From the human T2T-CHM13v2.0 reference genome, Homo sapiens, in the NCBI RefSeq assembly GCF_009914755.1, contig NC_060944.1: a DNA stretch of 64,000 nucleotides; one strand, given 5' to 3'. This document shows, piece after piece, positions 1-12,864 of the stretch. Position 1 is the first letter of the stretch; every line of letters begins with the position of its first letter. The notes beneath the pieces are model-generated. The model ran no database searches. It was not told the origin of the DNA and was given only the letters and a program-made list of their open reading frames with translations. A program made the position numbers and the translations under genes.

Positions 1-364
1 GCCTGAAATACAGCTATGGTTAAACCACTGTTGTATAAGTGTTTGTTAACCAAAAACAAAATTTGGGGTTTATTATGACCATGTTACCCAAGGCTACAGT
101 CATAACCAAGACTATCTCAATTTTAGGGACAAATTTATTTTCATTTATGAAAATAATTTAGGCAGACTGTACCATCATTTGCCCATTCTTAGTTTTTCAT
201 TGTTAACATGGGGGCAATGTTGTTTAGATATAACAACAGTAATAATATCAGCTCCCCCACCTTGGAGAATGTCTTCTTACATTTAAAGCACTTTTCCACA
301 TATTTTATTTGATTCTTGCAGTGGGACATGAGGAGATTTACAACAGCAGTATTTGAGGTATGTT

Positions 365-393
365 TCAAAATACCCGCCTTAGCGCAGAACGAA
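365..393 (-). CDS. Candidate terminal coding exon (phase 1: x-RSALRRVF-stop) of an unidentified minus-strand gene
   Basis: Minus strand reads TTAATTCTTTCCTTTCCCTTTGCTTTCCCTCTCAG|TT CGT TCT GCG CTA AGG CGG GTA TTT TGA: branch-like TTAAT, ~28-nt polypyrimidine tract, AG at 395-394. Three CpGs in 18 nt within CpG-poor DNA. Minus-strand AATAAA downstream at 309-304, 139-134 and 74-69. Confidence 0.45.
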
Positions 394-754
394 CTGAGAG
401 GGAAAGCAAAGGGAAAGGAAAGAATTAATTTTTCATCTTTTGGGGACCTAATAGCCATGCTCCTTGGAAAACTGCCAGCATGTTTTTCAGGAAGTCTGAA
501 AACAGCAGCTTCACTTGTGAAAATCAGGAGGAAGGCACAATAATCGGAAACAATCACACTTCAGATAAAATTCATGACTTATGAGATAAGCATTATAAAA
601 AGAAGGAAATTACCGCAAATTTTTTATGACCATAAAAAGCCCACATTGGGAGTAGCTAAATTAAATTTATATTAGCAAAAAAAGGTGTCCTCGATACTTT
701 CTAATTGATACATTCTAGTTGAGAATTTCAGACCTCTGATAGATTTCACCAATT

Positions 755-1240
755 TTCATTAGGATGCTTTCAGCAGCAAATAACAGAATACCATAGTACA
801 AAGGAGCTTCACAATAGAAGGTTATTTTTACTGCACACAGAAAACTCTGTAGGAAGACACTTGTCAGCTTTCCTGTAACTCTTGGCCTTTTCCCCAGTTG
901 TCAAATGGCTGCCGTAAGTTTAAGCCTCACTCCACACGGAAAGAACTTCCACATGCAGAAAGGGAGATAAGAATACACTTCACACATCTCATCCTCTTGA
1001 CAGAGACAGCACTTTTCCCTGAGCCACCAGATTTCTCTTCTCATGTCTCATTGGCCAAGAGTGATCACATGTTCACACAATGTCCGCAAAGGAGGTGGGG
1101 AAAGCAAGTGTCTATTATCTTTAGCTTTTACTAGGGTAGAATGAAGGGAAGGGATGACAGAAGTAGAAGTTTTCTCATGGGCAAGAAGGTAGGAGGAGGG
1201 AGAAGTTGTTAGTAACTCACACTGCCTGTCCCAAACAGTA
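755..1240 (-). mobile_element. Old MaLR LTR (MLT1J/K/L-like)
   Basis: TTAGGATGCTTTCAGCAGCAAATAACAGAA and TCATGTCTCATTGGCCAAGAGTGATCACATG match late MLT1 LTR motifs in reverse. Confidence 0.6.
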
Positions 1241-1839
1241 TGTTGAGGAAGATATTTTGATCTCAAACATTTTATATATGAGTCTTCTCATATCTCCCAC
1301 ACTGCTGTAACACCCACATTCATACAGCGAACAACTTTAATGATATTTTATGAATAACAAGTCTGAATTGGGACAAACATAAGTGGATCTATGCAGGTTT
1401 AATGAAGTTCTGAGGACCACTTCATCAGTGATAATGAATAACATAATGAAAGATATCAGCCTAGGATCCCATGGCTTAGCTTAATATACCACCAGGAAAT
1501 AGCTTCCATTCTTATTTAAACACACGTATGTTTTGATATACATGCCTATGTGTCTTTATATGTATTTCTACTCAATTGAAAGAATTGCAACTGCCAGTAT
1601 TTTATTTTACTATCATTTTAAACTTCATATTAAAGCAAACCCCTTTTAACGTTGTTCAGATGTAATAAGACGTAGTGTAGTGATCTTTAAAATAGTGTTT
1701 GTGGTACTCTAAGATTCGTTGAAGCCAGTGGATGGAGTGGAGTGGAGGCAGCCATTGTCATCTATTTGATTTGGAACTAAGATAATTCCACTTAAAAATC
1801 TATTTGTAAAATGAATTCTATGGGTAAGAAAAACTCTTT

Positions 1840-1950
1840 AGTGGAAAGAGTTTATAATTTGGAGTTAGAATGTGATTTGATTCTAAAACTGCCATTTACT
1901 AGCATGCCAGGGAACTATGGATGAGTTAGAACTCATTCCCCCATAATGGT
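1840..1950 (+). mobile_element. MIR fragment
   Basis: Degenerate GTGGAAAGAG...TGGAGTTAGA...CTGCCATTTACTAGC MIR 5' pattern. Confidence 0.4.
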
Positions 1951-2169
1951 ATTTTAATGTTGTAGAACCCATGAATTTTGGGAGATAAGAGGGTTTGCAA
2001 AGTCACCTGAGCTCTCTAGGTACAAATTAAGTGCCCAGGAACTATCAATTCTTTCCTTATTCACAGGTTTCCTGTTTTAATCATAGCAAAGTGCCCCATT
2101 AAGTTTGTATTCCCTAATTTTATTAGCCAAAGAAAGTTGTTTCAAATGCTTTGTTATAACAACTATCAT

Positions 2170-2490
2170 TCATGGAGAAGATTTTTGATTTACTGTAATT
2201 TCCCGTGGAATAAATTCTAGGAAATGAACTTATGGATATGAGGATATAAATATCTGTTTGCTACTCCAGAAATTTTGCCAGGTTTTATTTTCTATTATAA
2301 AATTATAATGATTTATGCTGCCACTTGCAATATATCATTGTATCATTGTACCAGGTTTTTAAAACCTTGCCAATTTCAGATATTTCTTCACTTATTTTTG
2401 GCAAGTAGCAAATATGTAAAGTGTGAAATAATATCAGGTAGTTGTTAAATTTGTAATGGCTTTATTACTAGGGAGGGTACACATTTTTCA
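2170..2490 (-). mobile_element. Old L1M(E) fragment
   Basis: Degenerate antisense L1 3'-region pattern (GAATAAATTCTAGGAAATGAACTTATGGAT...). Confidence 0.45.
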
Positions 2491-3269
2491 TTATTTTTAA
2501 GAATGACTATTGTTTCTGTAAAAATGAGGCAATGGTCATTATAAAAAATGGAAGCAATTAATAAACTTATGAAGAAGAAATGAATAATCCAAATCCCACC
2601 ATCTATATTTCATTTCAAAATTAAGTAAATATTTTCCAGAAATCTCAACCTCTCTCTCTTCCTCTTTTCCTCCTTTTCCTTCTCCCTCACACATATCTTC
2701 ACATGAAATGTTAATGAGGATAGATAAAAATATCTAGAGACAAAGACATTATACAAATTGAATTATATAACTACTTTGTATGACTAAAAGTATAGTTCTT
2801 GATGAATGGAATTAGTAGAATAAAAAACCAAATAAAACAATACTTTCCTATTTTATCTTTAATTTAGAAAAGATAAGTTTTTCACCATTGATATTTTTAC
2901 AGGTAGTTTCTAAATGATTCCTCCAAAATTAAGTCAAAATATTCTTAGAATTATCATTTTTATTTCAAAATCTACACACTTTACTACTCATCTTTGTCTT
3001 TATACATAATTTTAAGTTTTAAAGGTTTCAAATACACGTGTACCTATACCCATGTAATGTTAACATGTTGCTTTATTACTTCAGATCATTTTTAAAAGAA
3101 GTTAAATAATACAAATAGAGCATTTGAATCACTTTTCTTTCCTTCTTGTCTCACTACGTGGAGGAAACTTATTTTGAAATGAGTGGTTTTCGATTTTCAT
3201 ACAAATGGCAATTTTACTACACATGTAAAGCCATAAATAATATACCATTGTTTTATGTGTGTATCGACA

Positions 3270-3710
3270 CTGTTTTATGTCCCGGCCAGATCTTTTTCAC
3301 TTCTGGTGCAGCTACACTCCATCTGCCGCTCATGTTGGCTCCTCCTGGTTCTAGGTCTCCTGCTGTCTGTGGAAGCCCTTTCACTGACAGGATGCCTCCC
3401 ACAAGTCAGCACACATTAATAATTGACTGGCAAAGGTTTGTGTAGAGGATGGGAGATGGGTCAACAAGGTTAGCCCCTTTCCTTCAAGATGAGACCAGTG
3501 CTATGGTTCAGTTCATCCTCCAGAGCTCTTTCGAGGATCAAACTGACACAAGAATTCAGCCAAGACCACAACAACCTTACTCCACTCCTTCCCTTACCTT
3601 TTCAACCTTGCTTTCCTCCCTCCCCTTGTTCTGAGAGCCACCTTCCAATAAATCATATAAACTCAAATCTCTGTCTCTAACATGCTTTTAGAGAAACCGC
3701 TCAAAGAAAA
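3270..3710 (+). mobile_element. ERVL LTR (LTR16-like)
   Basis: GC-richer block ending CAATAAATCATATAAACTCAAATCTCTGTCTC...GAGAAACCGCTCAAAGA, resembling the LTR16 3' end. Confidence 0.55.
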
Positions 3711-4235
3711 TGTGATTTCTAAATTTACAATTATTGTATCAATTGTGCTATACTTTATTGAGCATTATTGGCACCTTGCTTTCTCCACTTAACCTTGCTT
3801 TCTCCAGGTAATTTTGAGAGATTTGTCATTCTTGATATTTGAGGCTAGAGTCTATACCTTTCGTCTAAATACTAATTATTCTATTTTAAAAGAGTTCATT
3901 CCTCCATTCTCCTAAGAGACGGTTAAATGCGTGTTCTATTTTTTTCAGTATTGCAAGCACTGAACAATTCCATATATGTTCCTCTGCATATGCATTACAA
4001 TGGGTACATGGATCTCCATTTTTCTTCAATATTGCCAGTCTACCTAGAAAGTGGGAGTACCCATTAAGACTCCAACCAGTTGTTAATTAGCATTCCTATC
4101 TTGCATCATTTTTGCCAACACTTCAGGATGTCAAATTTATTATTATTACACTTATTGTTGTTGCTAGTTTTAAAGGGTTTGCAGTGGTAAGCTATTGTTT
4201 TGATTTCTGTAATATTTCTTTTTTTTTACATACAT

Positions 4236-4621
4236 TTTCTTTTTTTCTTTTTTTATTTTATTACTATTATACTTTAAGTTTTAGGGTACATGTGCACAAT
4301 GTGCAGGTTAGTTACATATGTATACATGTGCCATGCTGGTGTGCTGCACCCATTAACTCGTCATTTGGCATTAGGTATATCTCCTAAAGCTATCCCTCCC
4401 CCCTCCCCCCACCCCACAACAGTCCCCAGAGTGTGATGTTCCCCTTCCTGTGTCCATGTGTTCTCACTGTTCAATTCCCACCTATGAGTGAGAATATGCT
4501 GTGTTTGCTTTTTTGTTCTTGCGATAGTTTACTGAGAATGATGATTTCCAATTTCATCCATGTCCCTACAAAGGACATGAACTCATCATTTTTTATGGCC
4601 GCATAGTATTCCATGGTGTAT
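4236..4621 (-). mobile_element. Young 5'-truncated L1PA (L1PA2/3-like) 3' end, inserted in an older L1M fragment
   Basis: Near-consensus antisense L1 3'UTR (TACTTTAAGTTTTAGGGTACATGTGCACAA...GTTAGTTACATATG...CCATGGTGTA) with T-rich tail. Confidence 0.95.
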
Positions 4622-4844
4622 TACTAGTAATGCCGTGTTTTTTTTAATACATGAATTGGCAGCTTAGAGTTTCTCTTTGCTAAAATGTCTGTTATAGACT
4701 TTGTTTATTTCTCTCTTCTTATGTATAGATTTCTTGTTAATTTGCTCACTTCATATATTTTGGATAATAATATATTTATTTACAATTATATTTGTGTTTA
4801 CACTTACATTCATACAATTTCTTCTGGTTGATAAATAAGCTGAC

Positions 4845-5110
4845 TATCTTCTGTTTTCCTTCTGGATCTACTCTCCATCTTTCTCTACACTGCTTTCTAC
4901 CTGAGAGACTGACCTTGTTGTGGCTGATCTGTATGGATGTATTTTCCTGTCTAGTTGGGCCAATAGGACCAGTATCAAGAGATAGGGAGAAAAGAGGGAA
5001 GTGAGAGTATGTATTTTGGCTCCCTCTTTGTGTAGTTGTCGTCATCTGGCTGCATCTTTTTAATGAAAAGCCATTGTTCCTGTTAGGCATTCTTCTTCAC
5101 GAAATGAAAA
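4845..5110 (+). mobile_element. ERVL LTR fragment (LTR33-like)
   Basis: GGATCTACTCTCCATCTTTCTCTACACTGCT...GAGACTGACC...TTGGGCCAATAGG pattern. Confidence 0.4.
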
Positions 5111-5584
5111 CACCTCGTCCCGCCTTAACTTGCTTGACAACTAGAATGTGGCAGAATGATGGTGTGCAACTCTTCAGTGTAAACAGAAGTTTCCATATAT
5201 GTAGGATGGCATGGAGAAACAAAGTTTGGAAAGCAGCAGGAATATTGGAGAAAAATAAAATCACTAAATATCTTAGCTGAAGCACAAAACTGGGAAGTCC
5301 CCACAAATCCACCAGGAATAACTACAATTCTCAGAAGTCTCTGGCAAAGCTCTCACCTACTCTCTAAGCCTGCACCATCAAAGAGGGTGTTCCTAAGAAG
5401 GCTAAAGCTGATGAAAATTAACATCTCTTTGCCTGAAGAACATCCTGAGAAATGTTCCCAGCAGCTCTCCTGAAATTGGTAGATGATATTTGACAAGGGA
5501 AATATTAGTTTGTTGTTTTATGAGATTGTAATACATACGTATAAAATATGTAAAATTACATATATATGTAGACATATATATATG

Positions 5585-5706
5585 AGATTGATTGATATAG
5601 TGATTGATGGAGTCTCCCTGTGTTGCCAAGGCTGGTCTCGAACTCCTGTGCTCAAGCAATCTTCTTGTCTCAGGCTCCCAAAATGCTGGAATTACAGGCA
5701 TGAGAG
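5585..5706 (-). mobile_element. Alu left monomer (FLAM/AluJ)
   Basis: GATGGAGTCTCCCTGTGTTGCCAAGGCTGGTCTCGAACTCC...GGAATTACAGGCATGAG; (GATT)-like tail. Confidence 0.85.
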
Positions 5707-5756
5707 TGTATGTTTAACTTAAAAAGATCATCTCAGAAATTGACAGTGCAGACTGT

Positions 5757-5945
5757 CACAGTTGGCAAACTGTTTTTCTTCTGAGCCTAACAGTGAATAT
5801 TTTAGGTTTTGAGGACTGTGGTTTCAGTGGCTGCTCCTCTTTACACCATTCTCATTCTTTTTAACAACTCTTTAAAACTGGAAAACCCAATCTTAGTTCT
5901 AATGCTGTACAACACTAGTTACAGGCCTTTGACTGTGCCCATCAT
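5757..5945 (+). mobile_element. MER58-family hAT-Charlie MITE
   Basis: GTTGGCAAACTGTTTT...GTGAATATTTTAGGTTTT...TTTAAAACTGGAAAACCCAATCTTAG...CTGTACAACAC. Confidence 0.6.
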
Positions 5946-5959
5946 TTTTTAAATATACC

Positions 5960-6360
5960 TTTGGCTATTAGATATTACCATATGACTTTTAAGATCAGAT
6001 ATCTGTCTCTGCAAAAAAAAAAAAAAAAAAAAAAGATAGTAGAAATTTTGATGGGAACTACACTGAATCCAGAGCTCAATTATATCTTCTTTAATTTATT
6101 TCCTGAGCATGCACACAGCGTTACACATCTGAGTGGCCTTCTAGGTTCCCAGGAATACATCAAAGCTTTGGAATGCCCCATGGACATCTCATTCCTCAGC
6201 TTTTCCTTTTGAGCTTGTTTATTAGTCTATGAGTTTTGTACCAAATGTTATTAATTGTTTCAGGCAGCCATGACATTAAAACCATTTGCCTGTAAAGGTT
6301 TTTTTGACAAACAGTCACTCAAGAGGGGCTTTTAGCACCAAATGAACACTGAGTCAGGTA
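5960..6360 (-). mobile_element. Old L1M fragments (ORF2 piece plus 5'-region piece)
   Basis: TTGGCTATT...ATTTTGATGGGAACTACACTGAATC ORF2 pattern followed by L1M 5'-type sequence. Confidence 0.5.
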
Positions 6361-7847
6361 ATATAAAGACAACGGTTACACATGGTTAATTTTGATAGAT
6401 GTTGCCAGATTGCTGATCCAAAATTCTATAAAATTTACATTTCTACCAATAGTGGGTATTACTTGTAATGGTGACAGTTTGATGGGTGCAGAGATACGTC
6501 TCTCCACTGCTTTATGTCCCATCTAGCTACAATGCTCATGTCTAAGATATTCTCATAATTTGTTTCTTCACCTCCTTCAGGTGTTCAACTGTTTCATCAG
6601 TTAATCTTCACTAATCCTGCTACATTGAAAATTTAATGCATAACAGGCAATGAAATATTTTCAAATGAAACAATTATTTTTAAACTTTTTAATTTTTGTC
6701 AAATTTAAACATGCATATGGTTTAAATTTTCAGAAATATTTGTAGGACTTATAATGATAAATGTCAATCTCCCATTTCACTCTTCTTACCACCTAATTCT
6801 CCCTTTTCAGATGTAACCACTTTTAATGCATTTAATTTTTTCTACTGACATGTCTCTTTACCAAAGGATAGTAATGTACTTCTATTTATTGAGAACTTTT
6901 TCTTTTTATGCATTGCCTACTATAGAATTCTACATCTCTTCACACACAAACATACACAATTCCTTTTTTCTCATTATGTCAAATACTAATATATAATAAT
7001 TTTATTTAGTCAAATATTATATGATAATAATTATAACCACATTGTTTACAACTCATTTTTTATAATTTATAATTTTTTAGAAATAAAATTATTTGGGTTT
7101 TTGTCACGAATTCTATGTAATCCATCTCTGAGTTATTTGACAAAATTATATTTCTTCTCTTGATACTTTAAAACCCAATAATGTAACTTGTAACTTGTTT
7201 TTTCTTTTCTTTTTTTTTTTTTTCACTCTTCTCTTTTGTCCACTTGTTTCAATCTGGGCTGGTTCCTTTCTAAACTTCTGTAACGCTATCATCCCCAAAT
7301 CTTCTTTTATTATCGAATCGGAATTTTTTTCAACTCTCCTGGAAGTACTGTCTCCTTCCTGGATATTGTATGTTTTTATTTTGATTTTTTTAAAGACCAA
7401 CCCTCTTGTTCTGTTGGGGCATATTCTGCAGTATTTATTTGAGAAAAAAAGCATAAAAGGACAATTGTTATAAAATTGCACTTTTATAAATGTTTTTATA
7501 CTATTTGCATAAACGATGGAAAGTTTGCTGGGCATAGATTTCTCAGTTGAGAGACATTTTCTCTCAAATGCTAATGCTAAAGGCATCACTCATTATTTTA
7601 TAACTTCCAATTGTTGCTTAGATGACAGATACAATTATCATTTTAGATGCTTTAATATGAATAATTTCTCTCTCCCTTTCTCTTCTCTTCTCTCTCTCTC
7701 CTTTTAAAATCTTATCTTTGCTTCCAAGTTACAAAATTTTATAATAATATTTCTTAATTTTTTTCAACCTATGGTTTTGGGAATAATTATCAAGGCAAAA
7801 ATCATTTACTAGTAAATCAAACGGGGATCCAGTTGCCAAAACAGAGA

Positions 7848-8261
7848 TGAGGTAGATTAATTGCAAAAATTATTTTTTTTTCCTGATATATTTCTCCCTG
7901 TAATATGACTATAAAGTCATTGTTATCAAGAGGTGACATTTATTTCCTCACCTCTTGAATGCAGAGGACTTGGTTTGACCAACAGAATGTAGCATAAAGA
8001 CTTGCATGTCCTCAACTCTCTCTCAGAACCCAGCCAAGTCACACTGGGAATAACGCCAGGTAAACCTATTGGAGACTGAGGTGTGTCATGGAGCAGAGAT
8101 GAGCCATTCTCTCTGAGAAAAGCCTAGACAAACCAACACTGTAGCTGACACAGCTCACCTGGAACCAGCTAGGTGACAGAGACTCTTGAGATATCAAAAT
8201 GCTTAATGCTTAAGCCACTAAGTCTTGGGGGTCATTGACTTTGCAATATCAAACATATACA
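7848..8261 (+). mobile_element. MaLR LTR (MLT1H-like)
   Basis: ATCAAGAGGTGAC...TTTGACCAACAGAATGTAGC...GGAGCAGAGATGAGCCAT...TAAGCCACTAAGT...ACA. Confidence 0.7.
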
Positions 8262-9191
8262 TATAGAATATGGTAAAAATTATTTCAGAAACAAGACCCA
8301 ATCATTCAACTTGAAAAATGAGGCCACATTTTAATTATAGGCATGGCTGTGAATCTGATTACCACTTTGGACAACAGATTTTACAGTCACTTTTGCCCTT
8401 GGAGCTGAGTCTGCAAGCTGTAGGACACAGAAGTACACACTTAGAAAACAGAATATGAGAGACTCTCCCAGCTATTCCACTCCTTAAAGCTTAAAGTGCA
8501 ACCCTACCCATTGCCACTCTAATGCTAAACAAGATGACTTCAATACTGGGATCAAAACTGTCAGTCAAACACTCTACCCCAAGAATTTAGTGCTCACAGC
8601 TACAAGAACTCAAAAATAATCCAAATCATAAGTTTGAAATAGGCATAGGTATAGGCACATCTAATAGTTTTCAGTAATAATCCCATCTCAACAATAGATA
8701 TTCTATCTTTCATCCAAGAACAGTTAAACTGTGCACCCTAGGCATACTGAACTCTATTTCAAAGGAGGTGGAGTCTTGCCCCCTTCTCTTGACCCATGGA
8801 GGCTCATCTAGTCTAGTAAAATTTTCCCCACCTGGATTTCCCTATTAATAAACATGAGAATGTTATTGGGAGCAGGGGTGGCAGAAGGTGTTTGCCACCT
8901 CTGCACTATCATGGACATGTTGCCAACATCCATCTGGGATTCTAGAAGACAAGTTTGATAAGTAACTGGAGAAGATTGGTAAGTGAATCTATTGTGTGTG
9001 AGCTGGCACCTGCTTATCATTTATTATTTATAATTTATAAATATCAGATCAGTTTGGTTAGCTATTTTTTTAAATTATGGTTATAGTCATATGCAATATC
9101 ACAGTTAAGAAATATATGCATTTTTAGCTGAACACTTGTCTCTCCTTTGCCCATATTATAAAAGAAAATTGTCTCTCAATAACAATAAATA

Positions 9192-9525
<334 letters not shown>

Positions 9526-12311
9526 TCAAAGTTCAAGATGCTCACATTGAATAGCTAACATTATCTTAGATGTTTTCCTTTTTTAATAGAGGCATTTAAT
9601 TTTTTTCCTCTCAACTGTACTCATAAACTATACTTAACGCACTTTTACATTTACACAAACATCATGTCTTATGTGTTAGCAGGCCAGAAATCTATGAGAA
9701 TATTCCCTCTCTTGTTGTCATACCAAATTCAGTATAAATTAATTTTCTGAAGATCTTGCAAATGTCTCATTTAACTTGGTTTCAGACTAAATGTGCTTAA
9801 TATAAATGTACACAAGTGGTCATTCTCTATTGGGAGATTCATTGAGCCAAGATGTTATTTTGGAAGGATCTTTGAGCTTTAAGTGATTCTCTCAAAAAGT
9901 ATGCTACATATTACCTGCTCTGGTTAGCTGCCAAATAGCCAGCAATTTTAAATGACTACTTTTCAAAGCAAATTATTCACACCTTCCTACTCATCAGAAA
10001 GTCTCAGCTGAACTAACATTTTAAAAGACTTCTCAATTCATAATTCTTAAGGAACAACATTGAATTTTCTTCCCACTCTTCATTTTTGCTGTAACACTTT
10101 GGCTACTTTTACCACGTCACTGTAATATGCTACCAAAATAAAGTTCTAAGTTGGTGACATGAGATCAATTCTGGTATTCATCACTGTTATTCTCTATTGC
10201 TCCATCCATTACAAATCATAGAATGTTAAATAATCATTTTTTTTCTTTTTGCCTATCTTATTTTGGCAAGATGTTTTAGTCTGTCAAGAAAAAAATGAAA
10301 GCCATGTGTTTTGAGTGGGTTCCATTGCAGCATGATTCTTGCAATGAAGACATTTTATTGTGTTAATTTTCATTAAATAAAACCCTGTTGAAAGCCAGTC
10401 GTTTTCCAAAACCCATATGATTTATGGCATGTTAATTTTTGTAGGGAGACACTCTGTTTCAATTATATGGAGTAAGTGATGCCTTTCAGAACAACTTAGT
10501 AATAATATCACCTATGACAACTTTAATTTTAGACCTATACCTCAGCTGTGAGACTTGGGAACGTATCAACAGAATTGTCAGCTTCTGCACAAATTTAATC
10601 TTCATCACCTCTATGCTATGTTTAACGTCAGATGGTTGTGCTTGCCAGGGACTTCCAATAATGTGCTTCCAGAAGGCAGGCACTTCATAAACATTAAACA
10701 CTGGGTTTGCCATAACTCAAACATATTATATTTTTTTCTTTTACAACCAACAGAATGAGAAGTGCTAAGGCCCTAAGGCAAATGTGGGTGCACCTGAAGG
10801 AAATGGGCTATTTCATATAGTCTTTCCTTACTCTATCTTTTTTGTATTTGGTTTACTAATCACATACTTAATGACTTATCTTTTTCTGAAGACCTTGAGT
10901 CTAAGTAAAATATATTAAGTGAAATCAATATATTTTTATTATTTTTATGGAAAAAATATGCATCAATTTCAACCCCAAGACATGAATAAATTTATAACAG
11001 ATGAAAATGTATCAAATAACCAATAATAACAAATTTACATAGGTAATAAACAGTAATTTGAAAGTGCATAAATAGTGTGTACATAAAATATAATGAAGTA
11101 AAATTTATTGTACTTAATATGGTACAATGAAGCAGGTGGTGGTTGTTGAAGGATGGGTTTCAGGGAGTCATATTTTTTTGGAAGATCTATTCCTTCTGCA
11201 CTATTTTTTCACTAATATTTGAACTTCTATGAGGCTTATAATTTTCTTACATTCAAACTGAAATTTAAAATGAAGTTAAAGCACAGAAGAACATCTTCAG
11301 TCAAATTAATTGCTAAACATTAAAGGGCTCAAACACATGTAAATAGGACATCCACACAACAGCCGGAAAAGTTGTGGAAGATTATACCTTTCCATTGCTT
11401 CCTCCAGTTATAAACATGTAAGGAAAATCCCTTAGCCCTCATACAAACGTGGCATTCTATTCCAACGTACTCCATATGGTGTCCTCTGACCATTGTGTCA
11501 AGTGAGTAAGTGTGATTTTGCCTGAAACCACAATGTTGAAATACAATTTTTAAAGAGCCATGAAAAGTCATTACCTGAGCAACCCTTATTGAGTTAAGTC
11601 TGTTTAGAGAGAACATTCTGTCCTTGGCTTTTGTGGTTATGCAGTACAAATGATTCTTCTGCTTCTCTTCTGATTGATATTGTACCCAGATGATGAATGC
11701 TCAGGGAAAAGTGATGAGCTAAAGCATTTAGAAAACAAAATTCTCTGTCTGCATGGAGAAATTGGAGATTCCATTAAACATTTTCAGTATCCAGTAGAAT
11801 TGCTTTGCTCCTAAATTATGCTATTGCCATGAGAGGACTATTAACTAGAACAAATTTGTCACTCAGCATGTATGATGATTTCTGATCCTGTGTACAAAAT
11901 GCGGAATATTAATTTCCCGAAAAAGCCTATTTGTAGTGATCAAAGGGCTATAAACAAGTGATCCCAAGAAATGATAATTTAATCCTATGTTAATCAAATG
12001 ATTAGAATAGTGACTTCTTTTAAAATTTGGATGTCATTCGTGTCTTAGAAAATCATCAGGATTTTAGCTTAGTATTATTATTATTATTTAGTGAAGTTTG
12101 TTGAGAAGAATAAGAAAATGGCATCTGGAATTATAGCTGTATATATCTGCAACCCTACTTGTTAAGGTGACAGAGGCTCAAAGTGCAGGAAGCAGATAAC
12201 TCATACATACCTTTAGGAATTTCACTTTTTAATACCCAAATAAAATAAATGAGCCCTATGTATCTCGAAAAGAAAATAGAGCCCGTCCTTGGAGAATCGA
12301 CTTAAAATAAC

Positions 12312-12692
12312 TGATATGGTTTGGATTTATATTCCTGATCAAATCTCACGTAGAATTGTAATCCCCAATGTTGGAGGAGGGGCTTAGTGAGAGGTGATTG
12401 GACTATGGAGGCGGACTTCTCCCCTGCTGCTCCCATGATCATGAGTTCTCACGAGTTCTGGTTGTTTAAAAGTGTGTAGCACCTCCCCCTTCACTGTCTT
12501 CCTCCTGCTCTGTCCAGGAGGAAGAAGTGCCTCCTTCCTCTTTGCTTTCTGCCTGAATTGTAACTTTCCTGAGGCCTCTCCAGCCTGCTTCCTTTCCAGC
12601 CTGAGGTACTGTAAGTCAATTAAACCTCTTTTCTTTATAAATTACCCAGTTTCAAGTAGTTCCTTATAACAGTGTGAGAATGGACTAACACA
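12312..12692 (+). mobile_element. THE1D-like solo LTR (ERVL-MaLR)
   Basis: TGATATGGTTTGG...TGGACTAACACA termini; perfect 5-bp TSD ATAAC at 12307-12311 and 12693-12697. Confidence 0.92.
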
Positions 12693-12864
12693 ATAACCTT
12701 TTAATAATATCCTGAAAAAGAGTTCAGAAAATTCCATATGGAATTTTTCTGTCTACATCCCATTCAGAAAAAATAAAATCACTAAACATCCTTCTTTTTC
12801 TTTTGATTTTCATAAAAACAACTAGTTTTGTTTGGTAAAAGGATAGTCATTTTTTGTGCTTTTT

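Noticed and set aside
189-557. 122-aa minus-strand ORF as a single-exon gene
   Set aside because: Non-ATG start, runs through an obvious polypyrimidine tract/acceptor, and has no recognisable domain; the spliced interpretation fits better.
3773-3806. ACCTTGCTTTCTCCA tandem duplication
   Set aside because: Ordinary short slippage duplication inside old L1 sequence.
6013-6034. A22 run as a retrocopy tail
   Set aside because: No TSD; lies where the antisense L1 ORF2 normally has an A-run, so slippage expansion is sufficient.
7146-7589. 147-aa ORF, the longest in the track
   Set aside because: Low-complexity (poly-K from a T-run), within old L1-like DNA, no domain recognised.
10486-11649. ORFs 10486-10713 and 11329-11649, and a 25-nt minus micro-exon (11599-11575)
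   Set aside because: No recognisable homology; the micro-exon phase is incompatible with the 393 exon; such splice-like pairs are common by chance.
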